Shown: positions 61,358 to 64,000 of the stretch, piece by piece
Position numbering within the stretch: position 1 is the first letter of the stretch
How the letters are laid out: each line of letters begins with the position of its first letter
Assembly: GCA_001643675.2 (NCBI GenBank)
Contig: LSRY02000045.1
Span: 186,001 to 250,000 of the forward strand
DNA from: Monocercomonoides exilis PA203
Lineage: Eukaryota > Protista > Preaxostyla
Reading direction: 5' to 3'
DNA length: 64,000 bases
Made by a program: the position numbers and the translations under genes
The notes under the pieces: model-generated
Database searches by the model: none
Told to the model about the DNA's origin: nothing
The model's input: the letters and a program-made list of their open reading frames with translations, nothing else

Positions 61358-62477
61358 TGCAAGGTGCTGCCTCACTCATCCCACACAGATTGTTTGCGTC
61401 GTTCCCACCCACTCCAACATACCGATCCTTCATCCCTTCCTTCAACCAATCCTTCTTTTCTGTATGCAGATATGTCCAACTGCTTCCATTATAATATCTA
61501 TGGCACACTCTATAATCATTGCTATTCGTTGTATATGATTCAAAGAACGGGTTAGCCGATGAAAAAAGATTGTAATAATCTTGAAAATACACATCGTGGC
61601 CATATGGAGTGGAAGCGTTGCAACTGCAATCGTGGAAGAAGAAGAAATAGCAATAAAGGTTGTTGCTTGGAGGTGTTGATTGAACTGGCCTGAAATCCAA
61701 TCCTCCGCCATATGATAATGCACTGCACGAAATAAACTGGAGGCCCCTCATTTTGAATGCAGATGGAACATATGAGCAATACATCCCTCCGCCATATTGG
61801 TTTGTCAGAGAACACGAAGTGAATAAACATTCAAACACACAAGCGCTCTCTCCATTGCTGCTTTCCGTTCCAATGCAGGAAGATCCAGAAACCTGAAAAG
61901 TTGAAAAATAAAGTCCTCCTCCCCAGCCATAAGCAGAACATTTCTGGAATTCGCACCCACTGATCCTAACGCACGAGGTTATCGAATAAGCCATAATTCC
62001 TCCCCCTTCGTCTTTTTCGGCAACACATCCATTGAATGAGCTGTTTTCGATTTTGATAGAATTGATTGAAACACACAAAATTCCTCCACCATCATAATGC
62101 GCATAGCAGTTGTTGAACGAACAAAACTTCACTGAAAGTGTTCCTGATGATAGACTATACATATTAATGGCCCCTCCATTCGAAGCCTTATCTGAATAAT
62201 CATAATTTGTCCCAGTTGTATTTGAGCCATTCCACTCGCACCAAGTGAATGAATTTGCCCCATTTTCTGTAATCTGCTGTCTCGTTGGCTTCGACGGATT
62301 CCCTTCACTTCCATTGACTGCAACATTCTCAGACCGATAGCACCTGACAAACGAGGTGTTCGAGGCAGCCAATGACTGAGATATTAGAAAAGACAAAAAG
62401 ATAGCGATACAAGGGATATGAAGGACAACGGATGAATGGATCTGAAAAAATGCAAAAAGAAGAGAAATGTGTCTCAC
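61116..62477 (-). CDS. Copy H: same family, short type
   Basis: 453-codon frame. The 3' end is identical to D (TITLLDGKHVSEGATINV...SKYFCWMK); the variable loops are distinct. Confidence 0.75.
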   Translation of the reverse strand: MRHISLLFAFFQIHSSVVLHIPCIAIFLSFLISQSLAASNTSFVRCYRSENVAVNGSEGNPSKPTRQQITENGANSFTWCEWNGSNTTGTNYDYSDKASNGGAINMYSLSSGTLSVKFCSFNNCYAHYDGGGILCVSINSIKIENSSFNGCVAEKDEGGGIMAYSITSCVRISGCEFQKCSAYGWGGGLYFSTFQVSGSSCIGTESSNGESACVFECLFTSCSLTNQYGGGMYCSYVPSAFKMRGLQFISCSALSYGGGLDFRPVQSTPPSNNLYCYFFFFHDCSCNASTPYGHDVYFQDYYNLFSSANPFFESYTTNSNDYRVCHRYYNGSSWTYLHTEKKDWLKEGMKDRYVGVGGNDANNLCGMSEAAPCKTVGHAVGSSMAQLSSTITLLDGKHVSEGATINVGEKEISVVGRGKTVSVIGTNSLSSISTMLFSVASGQLESKYFCWMK

Positions 62478-63198
62478 CAGCCAAAAGCGCTGCCTCCTTC
62501 TTCTCTTTTTATTTTTATCATTGTTGTTGAATGAATTGTTATATTTCTCAAATTTTTATTGTTAAAATAATAAGACAGTTGATGTTATTGAAACGCATTA
62601 GTGGTATTTTTTTTTTAATTCTTTTAATTCAAAGCAAATTTTGAGAGTTTCAAAAGCTAAATGCCAATGGCCAAAACGTTCTTCCACTTTTCTTGAAAGA
62701 CTCGTTTTGGAATTAAAGTTTATTGTTTCTTTTTTATTTTATTTATTGAATATGAAAGTGAATGATATGATGGAGATATTTTGGATAAACAACAATTGTT
62801 TTTTTGTTCTTTTTTGTTTTGCTTTTATCGAAATATTTGAAATATGCATTGGTTGAATATTTGCAGCAACTCGGAGTGAATAATTTTCATTGATTCGTTT
62901 CATTTTCACTTGATATTTTTTGAAAAATGCATTTGTAAATAGGATATTATTATTATTATTTTAATATTCAATATTTCCATAAAAAGGAAATAACTTTGAA
63001 CAAATTTTGTTTTTTTTGTTTTTTATTTATTTTCGAAAAAGATAGTTATTTAAATAGCAACGGAATGTTTGTATCACTTGGCCAGAATATCGATTCTTCA
63101 AACAGTTCTATTTTTTTTCACAATATTCAAATACTCATAATTTCACAGATGAGCCTTTTCACCATTTATTATTCAGAAGAAATACAAATGAAATATTA

Positions 63199-63447
63199 GA
63201 GATATGGTATACCCGCTATGGATCCATCTCGATGAGGTCTATCAGTATTATCTATTTATGTATATCTGGTGGTTGTTATCATCTAGTGTAATAAGTTGGA
63301 TAGGCAATGATAATTAGATAGAGATCATGAGGAGATTGCTGATACTCTTAGAAGTTTCTCATGATTAGATATTCAGTGATGTTCTATAAAGATGGAGTTG
63401 TTGATAGGTGTAATCGAGATATATCCATAGCGGGTATACCATATCTC
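63199..63447. repeat. 249-bp unit bounded by a perfect 25-bp inverted repeat (35 bp with 2 mismatches)
   Basis: GAGATATGGTATACCCGCTATGGAT ... ATCCATAGCGGGTATACCATATCTC. Confidence 0.9.
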
Positions 63448-63480
63448 CAAGAAGGAGAATTAACTAAAACATTAACCAGT

Positions 63481-63711
63481 GTGTCGAAGTTTGTAAATTA
63501 GTGGTGAATTTGTGTGAAAATTGATGTTTTCGTTGATGAAATACATGAGTTGAACATGTTTGTTATGTAATAACAGGTATATGTGTTGAATCTGTTGATG
63601 TGATCGTTGATGTTATCGTTGATGGTAATAACAGGTGTATGTGTCGAAGGTGGTAAATTAATGGTGAATTTGTGTGAAAATTGATGTTTTCGTTGATGAA
63701 ATACATGAGTT
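63481..63711 (+). repeat. About 71-bp direct repeat, period 160 bp
   Basis: GTGTCGAAG..GTAAATTA.TGGTGAATTTGTGTGAAAATTGATGTTTTCGTTGATGAAATACATGAGTT at 63481 and 63641. Confidence 0.85.
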
Positions 63712-63815
63712 CGCGACGAAGTTGCTCAGGAGACTTTGTCTCCGTTGAACATGTGTCGAACGTTGGTGATATCGCAAATAAAAATAATCGATTTTGTTTT
63801 TTTGTTTTATCGTAA

Positions 63816-64000
63816 ATGGGTCGGAAGAAGATATACGCAACTGTGGAAGAAGCGAAAGAGGCTCAACAGAAACAAATTAAACAGTTTCAGGAAAAACGTA
63901 AAGAAGAAACTAAGTATTACAACGAACATGTAACTGAGAAACAGAAGAAGTTGATTAAGATATTGAGGAGAAAGGTTATCGAAAGTGATGAGCTGTTAGA
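63816..64000 (+). CDS. Partial basic, helical hypothetical protein within the insertion (not in the ORF track; no stop before the window end)
   Basis: ATG at 63816: MGRKKIYATVEEAKEAQQKQIKQFQEKRKEETKYYNEHVTEKQKKLIKILRRKVIESDELL... Confidence 0.6.
   Translation, partial: MGRKKIYATVEEAKEAQQKQIKQFQEKRKEETKYYNEHVTEKQKKLIKILRRKVIESDELL

Larger units (their letters stand above)
63198..64000. mobile_element. Left end of an unidentified insertion that runs off the window
   Basis: Homology to the head-arm sequence (compare 12381-12410) stops abruptly after AAATATT at 63197 and does not resume. Composition changes, and a terminal hairpin and internal repeats follow. Confidence 0.7.

Noticed and set aside
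15984-62477. Diversity-generating retroelement explaining the N/Y/S/D-rich variation
   Set aside because: No reverse transcriptase or template repeat is visible, the differences are not evidently adenine-restricted, and they occur as shared patches.

Overview
Eukaryotic, protist-type DNA with no bacterial operon structure. The Cys-rich GGG/GGAI beta-helix-like protein family and the acidic low-complexity tracts resemble the oxymonad Monocercomonoides; this is an inference and was not checked by a search. The window is an array of related monomers in strictly alternating orientation. Head-to-head palindromes are centred near 13345 and 37895, tail-to-tail palindromes near 20542 and 51745, and a further expected head junction is interrupted by an insertion at 63198. 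A full monomer carries a promoter-proximal 'short' paralog and a promoterless 'long' paralog of one Cys-rich, Pmp-like repeat protein (8 copies, A-H), separated by decayed gene fragments. Arms within a palindrome are near-identical. The loops are homologous but diverged between palindromes, and a MITE sits in both arms of one palindrome but in neither arm of the other. The paralogs are mosaics with hypervariable loops. Together this suggests a palindrome-maintained, gene-conversion-diversified surface-protein locus. Three TIR-type insertions were resolved by comparing filled and empty sites. No rRNA, tRNA, CRISPR, transposase or reverse transcriptase gene was recognised.
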